Below are positions 24,150 through 26,981 of a stretch of 26,981 nt of DNA, piece by piece. Numbering within the stretch: the stretch's first letter is position 1; the number at the start of each line of letters is the position of its first letter. The position numbers and the translations under genes were made by a program. This DNA is from Candidatus Coproplasma sp. (lineage in GTDB: Bacteria > Bacillota > Clostridia > Christensenellales > Borkfalkiaceae). The notes under the pieces were generated by a model. The model was not told the origin of the DNA, did no database searches, and saw nothing but the letters and a program-made list of their open reading frames with translations. The stretch lies in NCBI GenBank assembly GCA_051887755.1, contig JBJFAF010000001.1:1-26981 (forward strand), in the 5' to 3' direction.

Positions 24150-25265
24150 TTATTTTTGACCGCCTACCTCCACGGGGTCAACCAAGGGCAAATCTTCAAG
24201 CGTCTTGCCCTGATAGTGCAACAAAAGCCCTATCGCCCTTGCCGCAACTATTACTAATGATATTTCTTCGTTCTGCCAAATTCTCGCCGTGTTTGCGGTA
24301 TCTACCCTGATAAAGCCGTAATCCTTTCCATAGGCGGATATTTTGCAATACAGCGAGGACATTATGCCCTGTTTTTTGCACTCTTCGGTTATGACGGAGT
24401 AGGTATTTTGGTTTAATTCTTCAACGTCGTTTATTCTCGCATAACCCGTAGTGTTTACTATTCCTGCCAAAACCTCGTAAGGAATGTGATTAAACTGCTT
24501 TTGTACGGAGAGGGGAAAGATTACGCTGTGATTGAGATTTGTATGCGTCTCTATGCAAATATGGTCGTACATATAGTAAGAGACGAAACTTTTAAATACC
24601 GTAGAAATCGCAAGCGATATATCTTCTCCGCAGGCGGTTAAATTATTAAAAATAACATTACAAAGCTGCATAAGCTTTAAACGTTTATCCCTGTCGCCCT
24701 GCAACGAAATATTCGCATGCTTTTCAGGAAGATAGATTATAAAGCAATTCCTGCCCTTAGTTTTGCCGCGGTATAACGCCTTATCGGCAATGTTTAATAA
24801 ATCGCTTAAATTGTCTGCGTCCAAAGGGAAACGAGAAATACCTATAGTCACTGTAACTGTGAGGTTAAGAAGACCGTATTCGTCCAAACCGTCCAAAACT
24901 ATTCGAGCCATTCTATTGCCGAACGTCCACACTTCCTGATAATCGGTTACGTTTTCGAAAGCGACTAAAAATTCGTCTCCGCCGTATCTACCCACTACGC
25001 CTTTCGTGCCGCAGGTCGAGACGAAAGCCTGTGCCGTCTTTGTGATGACTACGTCGCCAACCATATGCCCGTAGGTGTCGTTGATATTTTTAAAGTTGTC
25101 TATATCCACTAAAAATAGTGAAAACGGTCTGTTATGACTTATAAGCCATTCCAAATATTTGAAGATGCTACGCCTATCTAAAACGCCCGTTAAAGCGTCG
25201 GTGCAGTTTCTTAAATCTTTATTTTTAAAAAAGTCGTTAAAACTTAAGTCGTATTTTTTATCCAT
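24150..25265 (-). CDS. Diguanylate cyclase (N-terminal GGDEF, C-terminal GAF-like domain)
   Basis: DALTG, DIDNFKNINDTYGHMVGD, GRYGGDEF, ADKALYRGKTKGRN; C-terminal QGIMSSL..YGFIRVD..RIWQNEE GAF-like pattern. Confidence 0.9.
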   Translation of the reverse strand: MDKKYDLSFNDFFKNKDLRNCTDALTGVLDRRSIFKYLEWLISHNRPFSLFLVDIDNFKNINDTYGHMVGDVVITKTAQAFVSTCGTKGVVGRYGGDEFLVAFENVTDYQEVWTFGNRMARIVLDGLDEYGLLNLTVTVTIGISRFPLDADNLSDLLNIADKALYRGKTKGRNCFIIYLPEKHANISLQGDRDKRLKLMQLCNVIFNNLTACGEDISLAISTVFKSFVSYYMYDHICIETHTNLNHSVIFPLSVQKQFNHIPYEVLAGIVNTTGYARINDVEELNQNTYSVITEECKKQGIMSSLYCKISAYGKDYGFIRVDTANTARIWQNEEISLVIVAARAIGLLLHYQGKTLEDLPLVDPVEVGGQK

Positions 25266-25298
25266 TAAAAAACTGCCCCCGATAGGTTCTACATTACC

Positions 25299-25326
25299 AT
25301 TATATCACGGTAAATTGCCTTGTCAA
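25299..25326 (-). promoter_or_regulatory. sigmaA promoter of the diguanylate cyclase
   Basis: TTGACA-N16-TATAAT with TGn extension. Confidence 0.7.
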
Positions 25327-25363
25327 TACCAATATAATTATTATTTTAAGCCATTTTTTACAA

Positions 25364-25392
25364 GAAAAACGGCTACCCTATAGGGTAGCCGT
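25364..25392 (-). terminator. Terminator after the glutamate synthase cluster
   Basis: 24-bp palindrome ACGGCTACCCTATAGGGTAGCCGT followed by TTTTC on the minus strand. Confidence 0.75.
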
Positions 25393-25406
25393 CAAAAAAA
25401 CTCTGA

Positions 25407-26132
25407 TTAATTTGCCGTATACATCTGCTTGTAGGGGTTGGAGCTGTTGGGCTTAAGCACCGTAAAATCGGTGTTTAACAGCTCTTCCGCATCGTAATTG
25501 AAATAGGTACAGTAATCTCTTACTATATCCGAAAGCTCTTTAACCTCGTTGCCCTTAACTACCGTTGCACTGACCTGACCGGGAATTGATTTGGGCAACT
25601 TTTTACAGCGTATATAGATGACGCCGCCGTGCATACCCGTGCCGCAAAAGTTGTTTATAATCGGCATATCGTCTTCGTGCTGACCGAGCACGACGATTAC
25701 GCCGCCCGCCTGATATTCGCCTAAGAAAGAGCCTACTCTGCCGCCTATGACTATGACGGGCTTATGTTCGCCGTACTCCTTCATATGAATACCCGTGCGG
25801 TAACCCGAATTGCCACGGATATAAATTTTGCCGCCTCGCATTGCGTAGCCCGTAGTGTCGCCCGCATTGCCGTGAATTATAATAGTGCCCGAGTTCATTG
25901 TGTCGCCCGTGGCGTCCTGAGCATTGCCGTAAACGGTTATCTCGCCGCCGTTCAAATATGCACCCAAGGCGTTGCCGGGTATACCGTTTATTTTAACCCT
26001 TTTACCCGAAAGCCCCGTACCTATATAACGCTGACCGATACAGCCGTTGATTTCTATTTCCTTTTCAAGCGTATTCCTCACCTGTGAATTTATCTGCGAA
26101 AAATGAGTTTCGCTATCCGTATTTATAACCAT
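25407..26132 (-). CDS. Glutamate synthase alpha-subunit C-terminal (GXGXG, domain 3) stand-alone protein
   Basis: GQRYIGTG, GIPGNALGAYL, GNAQDATGDTM, GNAGDTTGYAMRGG, GSFLGEYQAGG, GTGMHGG beta-helix repeats. Confidence 0.88.
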   Translation of the reverse strand: MVINTDSETHFSQINSQVRNTLEKEIEINGCIGQRYIGTGLSGKRVKINGIPGNALGAYLNGGEITVYGNAQDATGDTMNSGTIIIHGNAGDTTGYAMRGGKIYIRGNSGYRTGIHMKEYGEHKPVIVIGGRVGSFLGEYQAGGVIVVLGQHEDDMPIINNFCGTGMHGGVIYIRCKKLPKSIPGQVSATVVKGNEVKELSDIVRDYCTYFNYDAEELLNTDFTVLKPNSSNPYKQMYTAN

Positions 26133-26135
26133 AAA

Positions 26136-26981
26136 TTATACTCTCCTAGAAAGTTTAGCCGCCCTGACCTCGGCGGGGAAAGCCAAGAGCTGAGGGGCGT
26201 TTACAAGCATATCGAAGTCCACTCCCTCAAGCGGAGTTTTGCCACGCACGAGCGACGTGTATATACCTGCCCTTAAAAAATCGTTTATCAGTATAAACCC
26301 CTTTAACACGCCGTCTTTAACGAACAGGAGTTTGAGCGTATTTTCACCCTTGACCTTTATCGCCTCTCCCTCGTACACGCCTGCGGAGAGCATATGCAAT
26401 CCGAAAAAGCCTACGGCGTTCAAGGGAATTGCGTCCTTGTATTCGCTGTCTCCGCCCGCCATATTCAAGCCTGCCGCTTTACCCTGCAAATAGGCGTTGG
26501 GCATAAGCGCAAGCACTCTGGCTGCGCCGATAGAGCTATCGTACCCCTCCGTGCAGTCGCCTGCGGCGTAAATATCGTTTATAGAAGTCTGCTGACGGGT
26601 ATCGACTAAAATACCCCTGTTTACTTTGCCGCCTATATCTGAAATAAGCGAGGTGTTCGCCCTGACGCCTGCCGCCGTGACCAAAATATCGAAGGAAAGT
26701 ACCTTGCCGCTTTTAAGCGTTACCGAGTTTTCGGTATAGCTTGCGGCACAGTCGCCGAGCACGAATTCCACGCCCTTTTTCTCAAGGAAGGTCTGTATCA
26801 TAGCCGCACTCTCGTCTTCTGTAACCGAAGGCATAACTCTCGTTGCAAGGTCTACGACCGTGACCTTTTTAACCCTGTCGAAGATGCCTTCTACACACTT
26901 CAAGCCGATTAAGCCTGCACCTATTACGACCACTTCCTTTTCGGGGGAGATGGCTTTATCGAGTGCGTCCATATCGTCGTA
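26136..26981 (-). CDS. FAD/NAD(P)-dependent pyridine nucleotide-disulfide oxidoreductase (5' truncated), component of a split glutamate synthase cluster
   Basis: VVVIGAGLIGL, TSINDIYAAGDC; the frame is open to the window end; stop lies 3 nt upstream of the GXGXG gene start. Confidence 0.85.
   Translation of the reverse strand, partial: YDDMDALDKAISPEKEVVVIGAGLIGLKCVEGIFDRVKKVTVVDLATRVMPSVTEDESAAMIQTFLEKKGVEFVLGDCAASYTENSVTLKSGKVLSFDILVTAAGVRANTSLISDIGGKVNRGILVDTRQQTSINDIYAAGDCTEGYDSSIGAARVLALMPNAYLQGKAAGLNMAGGDSEYKDAIPLNAVGFFGLHMLSAGVYEGEAIKVKGENTLKLLFVKDGVLKGFILINDFLRAGIYTSLVRGKTPLEGVDFDMLVNAPQLLAFPAEVRAAKLSRRV

Noticed and set aside
1-26981. CRISPR arrays, tRNA/rRNA genes, IS elements, prophage
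   Set aside because: No regularly spaced repeats, cloverleaf or rRNA signatures, transposase or phage genes seen by eye.

Overview
Chromosomal window from a Firmicute, most likely a Clostridia gut anaerobe (inferred from gene content, sigmaA-type promoters and lipoprotein signals). It is mostly housekeeping DNA, with no rRNA, tRNA, CRISPR array, transposase or phage genes seen. In order it holds: the 3' end of radA, a cytidylate-kinase-like gene, a MATE exporter, rubrerythrin followed by two unannotated micro-ORFs, an SH3-NlpC/P60 hydrolase, a sirtuin, DUF1858, and a CNNM/CorC-family transporter preceded by a putative MDDP leader-peptide attenuator. Next comes a degV - GNAT - GNAT - LPG_synthase_TM operon whose GNATs resemble the YghO/bacterial ceramide synthase family. 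After that are a split B12-dependent methionine synthase operon (metF, activation domain, metH core) divergent from a cobalamin riboswitch controlling a DUF4430 lipoprotein and an ECF S-component, ppa, a small AT-rich islet (GNAT plus an unusual fusion protein), an EEP hydrolase, a convergent c-di-GMP phosphodiesterase/cyclase pair and the end of a split glutamate synthase cluster. The best leads are the lipid N-acylation-like operon, the leader-peptide attenuator, the tandem-terminator cobalamin riboswitch, the micro-ORFs and the islet fusion protein. All family assignments come from motif recognition by eye; no database search was run.
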